Source: an uncultured bacterium
Lineage (GTDB): Bacteria > Cloacimonadota > Cloacimonadia > Cloacimonadales > TCS61
Assembly: GCA_965370415.1 (NCBI GenBank)
Contig: CBDUTJ010000013.1
Coordinates: 2,030-66,029 of the forward strand
Direction of reading: 5' to 3'
Length of the DNA: 64,000 bases
The translations under genes were made by a program, and so were the position numbers. The notes under the pieces were generated by a model. It did no database searches. It saw only the letters and a list, made by a program, of their open reading frames with translations, and was not told where the DNA came from. Below, one piece after another: positions 55,888 to 64,000 of this stretch (position 1 is its first letter; every line of letters begins with the position of its first letter).

Positions 55888-58491
55888 TTATTTTTCCACC
55901 CATCTTTCAAGTTTCTTATCATTATGAACAAACTTTCCGTCAACATAAACCGAATAACCTGCAGGATACTTCCCATATCGTTTCGGTTTATCCGGTGACT
56001 GCCAGACAATTGTAATATTTTTCCCATGATAATTAACATTTTCTAATAGGAAATAATCAAGTCCCATTGGCAGCGGATCGAGCTTTATGTGCCCATCTTC
56101 CTGCGGTTCAAAACCAACAATATGCCTAACGAAAATATCAATCCACCAGGAATGCATATAATCCCGGAAATAACTCAGCGGCTCTCCTGTGAGCGGATTA
56201 TATCGTTCAAAAAAATCTGCTCGCGGTTGAAGATGTTTATTGGCAACAAGTTTGATAAGTTCGGTTGCATCGGGAAGCAGAGAACGATCTAGAGTTTTGG
56301 CTGAAGTTGCGAAAGCTTCCAAAATATGCGAAGTAGCAGCAGGCCAGGACGGTCCTTCCCAGAAACCATTCGGATCAAAGTTCGGATCATCTTTGGGAAG
56401 TGCGGGTACGGGATATGGAAGTTTGAACTGATCAGGGTTTAAAAGATGCTTCCTGAATACATCGAGATTTGCTGAAATTCCGATGCCTGCAAAGAATGGA
56501 TAGAAAGTGGTGATGCACATTGTTTTGGAAAGCTCTTTTGAATCCGGATGCCTGTCTCGATAGCTTTTATCTTCTGCATACCAGAGCAACGAATTTACAG
56601 CATTCTTTGTTTTTTCTGTATAATCTTGAAAGTATTTTTTATCTTCATTTTTTCCCAGAATGCGCGCTATTTTAGAAACTGCCAGCATATTTGCAAAAGC
56701 ATAACTGGTAGCATCGATCGCATCATACCGCAAGGTCGGATCGTTGTCATCAAAGCGGGAAAGGTCATCCATTCCTGTTTCAAGCTGATGATCGATAACA
56801 AACAAACCATCTCCATCAGCATCACGATCTTTGATCCACCACTCAACATTCTTCTTTATTCCCGGATAAATCTCTGCAAGCATCTCTTTATTTCCGTGAA
56901 TAAGATAATGCTGCCAGGCAGTGTACGGAAGAAGTGAGAGTCCGCTTTTAGACTTATGATGCAGATTCACACGATTTGTACGGGGAGAAGTGTACCACGG
57001 AAAGCGTCCGTCTTCATAAGCAGAATGGAGCATATTAGCAATGTGTCCAAATCCAAGCTGAGCATCAGTTGCCCAGTTCATATCTAAAGCCATAAAGGGT
57101 GCACTATAACAGCAGTAAGTTTGATAAGCCTGTCTTCCTTCCATCACGACAGGATATTTGAAGAAACCAAGATTACCGCCGGCTGTAGAGAATTTAAGCA
57201 GAAACCAGCGAAATCCATAAAGCTCTTCCAAACCTTTATCCGAACAGGAAAAATGAGGAACATCATTCTGGAAAAAGTTCTGCCAGTTCGTTCTGTTCAG
57301 AGCAATCGGATCATCTTGTTCTAAAACGGTTTTCAGATTTTTTAATGCAACCTGTTCATCAGGATCAATAGCACAGGCAAAAGTGAATTTTTGGGAAGTA
57401 TATGGAGGAATTTCAACTTTGTATTTCAAGAGATAAGTTCCTGCCGGTTCGCAGATCATCTCATCCGGCTCGAGGGTTCCACCAATTGCCATTGTAAGTC
57501 CATCATCGAGGATGTTTGGAAAAACATTCTTATCTTTCAGGATGATGAAATTGTCTACTTTTTTTGTGATCTTCTCGCCTCCAATCTCTTCACGCCAATC
57601 TTTTGATCTGGTGCAGTCTCCGGCAATTTCAATTATTTTTAGAATTGGATTTGCAGTCGGATTGAAAATATGAACCACGGAAACCACTACATCATTTTTG
57701 GTTACACAAACCTGCCGTTGTTCTGTAAGTCTGATCTTTGACTTTTGTTTTTTAAATTGTTCTTTTCTATCTTTGGAAATAATTATCTGATCAATATTCA
57801 GATTTAAGATTGAGCCCAAATTAACATCCGGAGTTACAAGAACATGATCCGCAAACCAGTTGATAGTTGTTCCATCAACGATATCGAAAATATTTCCAAG
57901 CTTGTGAGTGGCATAATAAAATTTAGAAGGAATGCTTGTATAAAAAGCTACATTCTTGCCGTGACCTACACAATTCTTATCATTTCGGTTTCCGATAAGA
58001 TCAAGGACAGGAGACTTTGGAATTGGGATTTGCGGAAAAGTAATATTTGTTCCAAGATTTATAACGGTCAGTCGTAAAAAATGTTTTCCAGCTTCAATTT
58101 TTTGAATATAAAGCGATGACCACTTATAATCCTGCTCTTTATTTCCCCAACCGCCGGTGTTTGAATATTTCAATCTTCCTGCAAATTTACCATCAAGAGC
58201 AACATCCAACCAGCATTTTCCATTTAACGCTCGTGCATATCGGATTGAAATCCAAAAATTGGTGAGTGTTTCCTCCAATTCAAATTCATATTCTGCATAA
58301 TGTCCGGCTTGCGAACCGAATTCACAGCCCAGAACTTCTCCTCCGGAAGCAGCAACTTTTTCGTCTATTCCCTGCGAACCTTTTTGAAAGATGGGATTTT
58401 CAGCTTCGAGGGTGATAATTGCAGGTTCGAAGGATGAAAGAGTTTTGAATACAAAAATACAAAATATAATAAATACTGTTTTATACTTCAT
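55888..58491 (-). CDS. secreted glycoside hydrolase: N-terminal carbohydrate-binding-like module + GH63/MGH1-like (alpha/alpha)6 domain
   Basis: Signal peptide. The N-terminal ~150 aa are lectin/CBM-like (ITLEAENP...GEV..CEF...Y.EYEF...YARA..G...LDV.LDG). The catalytic region has FWEGPSWPAATSHILEAF and FERYNPLTGEP and is paralogous to the 52146 gene. Confidence 0.7.
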   Translation of the reverse strand: MKYKTVFIIFCIFVFKTLSSFEPAIITLEAENPIFQKGSQGIDEKVAASGGEVLGCEFGSQAGHYAEYEFELEETLTNFWISIRYARALNGKCWLDVALDGKFAGRLKYSNTGGWGNKEQDYKWSSLYIQKIEAGKHFLRLTVINLGTNITFPQIPIPKSPVLDLIGNRNDKNCVGHGKNVAFYTSIPSKFYYATHKLGNIFDIVDGTTINWFADHVLVTPDVNLGSILNLNIDQIIISKDRKEQFKKQKSKIRLTEQRQVCVTKNDVVVSVVHIFNPTANPILKIIEIAGDCTRSKDWREEIGGEKITKKVDNFIILKDKNVFPNILDDGLTMAIGGTLEPDEMICEPAGTYLLKYKVEIPPYTSQKFTFACAIDPDEQVALKNLKTVLEQDDPIALNRTNWQNFFQNDVPHFSCSDKGLEELYGFRWFLLKFSTAGGNLGFFKYPVVMEGRQAYQTYCCYSAPFMALDMNWATDAQLGFGHIANMLHSAYEDGRFPWYTSPRTNRVNLHHKSKSGLSLLPYTAWQHYLIHGNKEMLAEIYPGIKKNVEWWIKDRDADGDGLFVIDHQLETGMDDLSRFDDNDPTLRYDAIDATSYAFANMLAVSKIARILGKNEDKKYFQDYTEKTKNAVNSLLWYAEDKSYRDRHPDSKELSKTMCITTFYPFFAGIGISANLDVFRKHLLNPDQFKLPYPVPALPKDDPNFDPNGFWEGPSWPAATSHILEAFATSAKTLDRSLLPDATELIKLVANKHLQPRADFFERYNPLTGEPLSYFRDYMHSWWIDIFVRHIVGFEPQEDGHIKLDPLPMGLDYFLLENVNYHGKNITIVWQSPDKPKRYGKYPAGYSVYVDGKFVHNDKKLERWVEK

Positions 58492-58507
58492 ATTAATTTT
58501 CCATTTT

Positions 58508-58630
58508 CCACCGATTGAAATCGGTGGTTATTTTGTTATTTTTCTCGTTGCGAAGTGCAACTTCGCAACGCTTGATTTTCAGCAAGTTGAACTTGCATAC
58601 TAATTACGTTCACAAGTGCAACTTGTGAAC
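58508..58630 (+). repeat. cluster of four palindromic hairpins (AAGT-GCA-ACTT family), copy A
   Basis: CCACCGATT-GAA-AATCGGTGG; CGTTGCGAAGT-GCA-ACTTCGCAACG; GCAAGTT-G-AACTTGC; GTTCACAAGT-GCA-ACTTGTGAAC. The last ~65 nt recur at 60988-61052. Confidence 0.6.
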
Positions 58631-58675
58631 AAGAAAAGTAATCTGAGAGAATCTATGAAATAAAACTTTTCAATG

Positions 58676-60964
58676 TCATTTCAAAAGCAACATTCTCTTT
58701 GTTTCAGAAAAAATGTTTCCTGATTTTAATTTGTAGAAATAAATCCCGCTGGAAACAGGCTGATCATTTTCATCGGTTCCGTTCCAAGTAACTGACCCTT
58801 TCTTGAGCGAAGACTCGGGACTCAGGATGACATCAAATGTTTTTATCTTCTGCCCTTTGATATTATAGATAATTAACTCCGTGTTCTCTGTGAACTCTGT
58901 GGTTAAAGAAAAAGAAATAGTTGTGGATGGATTGAATGGATTGGGGTAATTGCCAATAAGTCTATTATGAACAATAGGAAAATCCTCTTCTGCAGAAACA
59001 AAGTCAACTACCATTGTAATAGGAATTACAATCTCTGATTCATCGGGATCATTACTAATAATAACGGCTTCTGCCTGATAAGTTCCATTAAGTATATCAG
59101 TTGCATCAAAAGAGAAAGTGATCTCATCAAAAGAACTTGCTGGAATCGTACCTGCACAACTGCTGATCTCCAACCAGGTTGGACCTGAATAAAAAAGAAC
59201 AGCCAGCTCATTTTCAACATACAGAGCATCATAAACTACTTGAAGAGCATCACTTGCATTCTCATTCTGAATTCCAATAGTTGCAGTATCAAGGTCTCCA
59301 CTGACCTGGCGATATTGGAATAAAATATGACCATTTGCGTAAAGAATCATCTGAAAATCATAAGTTCCCGTATATATCCCAGGATAATGAATAACATTAT
59401 CAAACAAGACGATCAAACTATCGGGAGTACTATAATAATATACATCTCCGCCTTGAAGAGGATCAAGGTCATCCCAGTAACCAAAAATAGCAGGACGAGG
59501 AGCATTCAATCGAGGAAGTTCATAATTATGGTAATCTGTCCAATCTTCTCCAAAACCGATCCAGCCATTTGGATTGATACGGAATTCAGAATATTTCGAA
59601 CCATAGAAATTGAAGTCAAAACCGATCGGCATTAATTCTGTTCCCACATCATTATGCGTAAAAGTTACAAGTGTCCCCAACATGGAAATATCACGCCAGT
59701 TGTAATCAGGTCCTTCCGGTTCATTGCTGTCTATCCATAGATAACCATAATCATCCGGACCACCTGATCCCTCTGATGGGAATGATAAATCGACAAGATT
59801 GATCACGTAGAAAAGGTCACTATCTCCAACATTGCTGAGCGTTAATGTTTCTTCACCCATAGAACCCGGTTCAAGTTCTACAATGAAAAAATCAGTAGAT
59901 AATTCAATATCAGGAGGAGAAATACATTCACCATTCAGGTCTATCAACAATGGATTCAGTTCCGGGTCATTGCTCTGGATAGATAATATAGCACTGAATG
60001 TCCCGATATTTTCGGATGTAAATGTTATTTCAAGTTCGGTTTGTTCTCCCCAACCCAGATCAAATGCAGTTGTTCCTGTGTAAGTAAATCCATCTCCAAT
60101 GATTTCTACAGAAGAAACATTTAAGTCAACATAACCTAAATTCCTAATATTCAAGGTCATGTTCTGGGGATAATTTAGATATTGAATTCCGAAATCCAGT
60201 TCATCTGTAGAAGCCCAGATATGCGGATCAGGATCATTGGATAGGAATGAAAAGTAGCGGGCCATCAAATCTGCTTTTGTGTTTGTTCCATCAGCATCTG
60301 CCATAGCTCCAAAAATTGAAGAAGTGCAGATAACGCGGTATGAACCTTCATCGTAATACACCGAACGTCCAATATCATTCTGGCAGGTGAAATAAAGAGT
60401 TCCTTCATCTGCAGTGAGGACATCTACCATATAATCCGGATCTTCATCATATTGAAAGGCAAAATCATCTCCGGACGTGAAAGTATTTCCCGCACCTATT
60501 ATGTTATGAATTCCATTTGTAGTTCCATTGCTGATGTAATTTGTGCCCAGATAACCGAAAAATGTAGTTGTATGATGATTGTAACCTACATCTGCTCCTT
60601 CGATGTAAAGAGACCCTCCACCGTTTAAATAATTAATTAAAGTTTGTTGTTGAGAGGTGCCAACGACACCGGGTGGTGTGGTTCCTCAACCCACGCAATA
60701 GATGCCCAGAGTCACGAAAACAACATCGTAGCTGGAAAGATCCCCGGGCAGTGTGGATACTGTAGTGAAAGTTATTCCATTTGCTGTTAATGCCTGTTGT
60801 ATTTTAAATTCACAGCCCACGTAAGCGGTTCCTTCCGGATCCTGGAAACCATTGTTGTTGTCGTTGTCCCAGATTAGAACCTGCTGAGAAAAAACTAAAC
60901 AAGGCAATAAAAATAAAAGTAAAATTACAAAATTAATTGTTGAATGTTTTTTTTCAAATTTCAT
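58676..60964 (-). CDS. secreted protein with T9SS sorting domain, interrupted by one in-frame TGA (60686-60688): recoded gene or pseudogene
   Basis: Track ORFs 60686-60964 (signal peptide, ends ...VVFVTLGIYCVG*) and 58676-60430 are in the same frame (60964-60430=534=3x178). The interval 60431-60685 translates without stops (GTTPPGVVGTSQQQTLINYLNGGGSLYIEGADVGYNHH...). C-terminus [16 protein letters not shown]...GIYFYKLKSGNIFSETKRMLLLK. Confidence 0.7.
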
Positions 60965-60987
60965 GATAAGCTCCTCATTTATTTTTT

Positions 60988-61052
60988 AACGCTTGCTTTT
61001 CAGCAAGTTGAACTTGCCCACTAATTGCGTTCACAAGTGGGAGTTTGTGAGC
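60988..61052 (+). repeat. palindromic hairpin element, copy B
   Basis: AACGCTTGCTTTTCAGCAAGTTGAACTTGCCCACTAATTGCGTTCACAAGTGGGAGTTTGTGAGC aligns with 58568-58632. The last hairpin keeps pairing only through G-U wobbles in plus sense. Confidence 0.55.
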
Positions 61053-61109
61053 GTGAGTAACCTTGAAAGTGTTAATATGAAAGAATCTTTGAAATAATCC
61101 TTTTCAAGG

Positions 61110-64000
61110 TTACTTCATCAAAAGCATTTTCCTCACTGATGTAAAATCACCTGCTTTCATTTTGTAAAAATATACTCCGCTTGCAACTGGCGTATTGTTC
61201 TCATCTTTTCCATCCCAAATAACAGTATGATAGCCTACATCCAACTTATCATCAATGAGCATTCTTACTTTTTGTCCCTTGATATTGTAGATTTCCAGTG
61301 TAACTTTTGAATTTTCATTAAGGCTGTAACTTATAGTTGTGCTTGGATTAAATGGATTCGGATAGTTATTCTTCAACTCCACTTTATAGATGGATTGAAT
61401 AATATTTTCATCTGAACTGACAGAACCGGAATATGCCTGAGCTGGATTACTGAAGGAACTTTCACCTTCCGTATAAATTGCAGTTACAACATAATAATAA
61501 ATTCCGGATGAAAGTCCTGTGTCGAGATAGAAAATTTCATTCGTGTTTGTTAGCAATTCATAAGGACTGTTCGGATTATTCCTTCTATAAATGTTGTAAC
61601 TTTCAGGTTGAGTAGAAGGTTGTTCCCAGCTCAATTCGATTTCATTAACATTGATGTTTTCTGCATAAAGATTTGCTGGTGGTTCGAGGAACACATTGGG
61701 TTCTACAATGGCAATATCATCGATATACCAGCCTTCTTCTGCTGTAGCTCCATCCGAACCGAAAATAAAACGGAACTTAACTGTTCCATCATAATCCTCA
61801 AGATTAAAGAATGCTCTTTCCCAGTCAATTGAACCTGAGAACACTTGTGTATCACCAGCAAATGGAGGATTATTATCTCCCCTTGTCAGAAATGGATAAC
61901 CACCTTCCGGGAATATTTGTGACCATTGACTGTTATGGAAAATCTCAATCAGACCGCCATCATAACAATAGCCCGGATAAGAATTACTTATTTCTGCAGA
62001 CATCCAATGGTAAAATGTCAGATAGGTATCGCCTGTTAACTCTATATCAGGTGTTTCAAGGGCACACAACAGGTTATTATTGCAAGGACCTGTTCCCGTA
62101 CTTCCCATCTTCCAGGAATGCACATCTGAATAACATCTGAGTGTTGATTGATGCCATTGGTCCTGCCCACCGTTCAAGGCAGAATGTGTCCAGCCATTGA
62201 CGCCATATTCCACATTGTCATAAAATCCTACACTCACATCAAGTTGGAGGATATTATAATATCCTAATTGCTCATTTAACAAAAGGTTTAATCTCAAATT
62301 ATGAATAGCGGGACAATCTGCTGAAACAGTGAAGGTAAACATATCATCAAAACCGGAAATCTCACCGGTTGCCAGATATGAGATTTGGGAGCTGTTATTA
62401 TTGATAGTGATATAAATATCATCGGAATAAAGCTGACCTGTGATATTTTCAGCTAAACCTTCCCCATTATTAATAAGGTTGATCTGCAATGAACCTGATT
62501 CTCCGGGCTCAAGGCATCCATTACCATTCCCGTCTTCAATCACAAAATTAGCAATTTCCAGGATCGGTGCATAAGATGTGATGGAGAAATCGTATTCCCA
62601 GGTATCAGTGCTCGAATTTATCACAAGATGAAATACTAATTGTTCATTATCCGGACAGAAAGGTTCTATCTGAATCTGAAAGGAAGTAAGCCCGTATTCA
62701 ATAGAATCAGGAAGGATATTATTATAATTGGAAAAATCATTTATAATCGTAACATACTGGTTTGTTGAAGAAATGGTTGCATCAATATCTGTAGCTTCTT
62801 CAGAACCTACATTTCTTAATCCTACCAGAAATGATATTTGCTCACCGTGTTCTACAATGCTGTTCCCGTTTCCTGCTGAATCATCTATAATATAATCGTT
62901 AAATAAAACATAAGAACCTCCTGGCGGAATTACAGTAATATCTTCATACACCGTCTCGGAATTGAAAGCTGTTACAACCATTTTTGCATCACCTGCAATC
63001 AAAGCATGAGAAATTGTCACGCTACCAAATTCATCTGTCACACCGGAAAAATAATTTCCATCCTGAGATAAACAAACCAAAGCACCTTCTACTGGAACTC
63101 CACTTGACGTTATAGTAGTTATAAAATCAATACCCATTAATACCACTTCATTTGATAGAACTAAATCTGATGGTGGTGCAGTTCTAACCTGGAGAGCAAC
63201 ATCACCGAATACAGTCCATGCTTCCATCTCTGACTGTCCTCCGGAATATTCTTCGACAGTCATCAGGATAGAGCCATTGAAACATAATGCACCATAAGTT
63301 GTTTTTTGAACATCCGTACTGATACCGTTCTGCCCGGGATGTAAACTGTAATCGTAACCTCCAATAAGAAGGTCGTTGAAGTAATCCTGTCCTCTCATCG
63401 GAGGATTCCAGGATTGACTAATTGTAGAAGCGTACATACCTACAGCGCCACCATTTTCTTTATGAAGCCAGGCTTCTGCAAAACATTCTGTTGAATGAAA
63501 AGCTCCATTAACACAAGCAACCGAAACGATGAATGGAAGCATATCCCCGTTTGTTAGATTGGCTATATGACTGTTACTGAAACCTGACGAACCCCAGGAA
63601 GTAGTTGAGCCATGTCCAGTGTAATTGATTATACCTGTTCCCGTATTTAGAGCATTGGCAACCATTGTTGGATTTGCTGCAGGGTCATAAATGGGGTAGT
63701 ATGTGTCATAAGTAAAAGGATCCAGTTTATCATTCCAGATTACATCAAGATGTTCATAATCCAGTTCTCCATCATCTCCGGGACCTTGATTGGATGCAAT
63801 TCCTGTAGCTGTTTCATACCAGTTTCCACCTATTTCAGGGTCTCTTTCATAAGCAATTGTTTTATTAACCTGTGTTGTTACATGAGTAGTATTATTTGCA
63901 CAGAACCTTCCAACAATAAGATCAGGATAAGCATCCGCTCCAACAACACAACCAAGATTCGGGTCAGCAGGAGCACTACCTGTTGTTGGACCCTGAAGGT
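61110..64000 (-). CDS. peptidase C25 (gingipain-like cysteine peptidase) with FN3-like module and T9SS sorting domain; 5' end beyond the window
   Basis: INYTGHGSTTSW (catalytic His region) and FIVSVACVNGAF (catalytic Cys region). The frame stays open upstream of the track Met to position 64000 (...PDLIVGRFCANNTTHVTTQVNKTIAYERDPE...). C-terminus [16 protein letters not shown]...GVYFYKMKAGDFTSVRKMLLMK. Confidence 0.85.
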   Translation of the reverse strand, partial: LQGPTTGSAPADPNLGCVVGADAYPDLIVGRFCANNTTHVTTQVNKTIAYERDPEIGGNWYETATGIASNQGPGDDGELDYEHLDVIWNDKLDPFTYDTYYPIYDPAANPTMVANALNTGTGIINYTGHGSTTSWGSSGFSNSHIANLTNGDMLPFIVSVACVNGAFHSTECFAEAWLHKENGGAVGMYASTISQSWNPPMRGQDYFNDLLIGGYDYSLHPGQNGISTDVQKTTYGALCFNGSILMTVEEYSGGQSEMEAWTVFGDVALQVRTAPPSDLVLSNEVVLMGIDFITTITSSGVPVEGALVCLSQDGNYFSGVTDEFGSVTISHALIAGDAKMVVTAFNSETVYEDITVIPPGGSYVLFNDYIIDDSAGNGNSIVEHGEQISFLVGLRNVGSEEATDIDATISSTNQYVTIINDFSNYNNILPDSIEYGLTSFQIQIEPFCPDNEQLVFHLVINSSTDTWEYDFSITSYAPILEIANFVIEDGNGNGCLEPGESGSLQINLINNGEGLAENITGQLYSDDIYITINNNSSQISYLATGEISGFDDMFTFTVSADCPAIHNLRLNLLLNEQLGYYNILQLDVSVGFYDNVEYGVNGWTHSALNGGQDQWHQSTLRCYSDVHSWKMGSTGTGPCNNNLLCALETPDIELTGDTYLTFYHWMSAEISNSYPGYCYDGGLIEIFHNSQWSQIFPEGGYPFLTRGDNNPPFAGDTQVFSGSIDWERAFFNLEDYDGTVKFRFIFGSDGATAEEGWYIDDIAIVEPNVFLEPPANLYAENINVNEIELSWEQPSTQPESYNIYRRNNPNSPYELLTNTNEIFYLDTGLSSGIYYYVVTAIYTEGESSFSNPAQAYSGSVSSDENIIQSIYKVELKNNYPNPFNPSTTISYSLNENSKVTLEIYNIKGQKVRMLIDDKLDVGYHTVIWDGKDENNTPVASGVYFYKMKAGDFTSVRKMLLMK

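Noticed and set aside
55604-55903. 99-aa alternative-frame ORF overlapping the 136-aa gene
   Set aside because: It overlaps both the 136-aa ORF and the end of the upstream GH gene and has poorer composition. The 136-aa frame fits the operon spacing, with its start 5 nt after the GH stop.
1-64000. Genome-wide UGA reassignment (code 4/25) as an explanation for the in-frame TGA at 60686
   Set aside because: Many well-supported genes here terminate at TGA immediately after the conserved sorting-domain tail (for example ...CTGAAATGA for KKCLLLK*). UGA is therefore a normal stop in this organism.

Overview
Low-GC bacterial window, almost entirely minus-strand coding. The repeated C-terminal motif NYPNPFNP...GxYFYKL...K(K)xxLLK marks type IX secretion (T9SS) sorting domains, so the source is probably an FCB-group or Cloacimonadota-like organism (inference only). 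Four blocks are visible. (1) 0.6-19.2 kb and 23.5-36 kb form a secretome island of large repeat proteins: beta-helix, beta-propeller, LVIVD, FG-GAP, cohesin/dockerin-like and Kelch proteins, plus a 1784-aa RHS/YD polymorphic-toxin-like protein. (2) 19.2-23.4 kb holds an amidohydrolase operon whose distal end is scarred by gene fragments. (3) About 37.0-47.96 kb is an integrative element next to tRNA-Ala(GGC). It carries a tyrosine integrase, a large serine recombinase, a MerR-like and an excisionase-type HTH gene. It also carries a terminator-delimited 4-gene operon: MoxR-class AAA+ ATPase, a DUF3150-like protein, an unknown 168-aa protein, and a zincin(HExxH)+VWA protein. (4) 48.2-64 kb holds bamA, a galK/glycoside-hydrolase operon, and two more T9SS cargo genes including a C25 gingipain-like peptidase that runs off the window. 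The most unusual signals are non-coding. A conserved intercistronic long hairpin occurs four times, and two copies carry a nested ~225-nt element with a closing helix, compensatory substitutions and a loop-loop pairing. This looks like a structured RNA, a MITE, or both. A second palindromic hairpin family lies at 58.5/61.0 kb. One T9SS gene has a single in-frame TGA in a C-x-x-TGA context. No CRISPR arrays or rRNA genes were seen. All domain calls come from motif recognition by eye, with no database searches.
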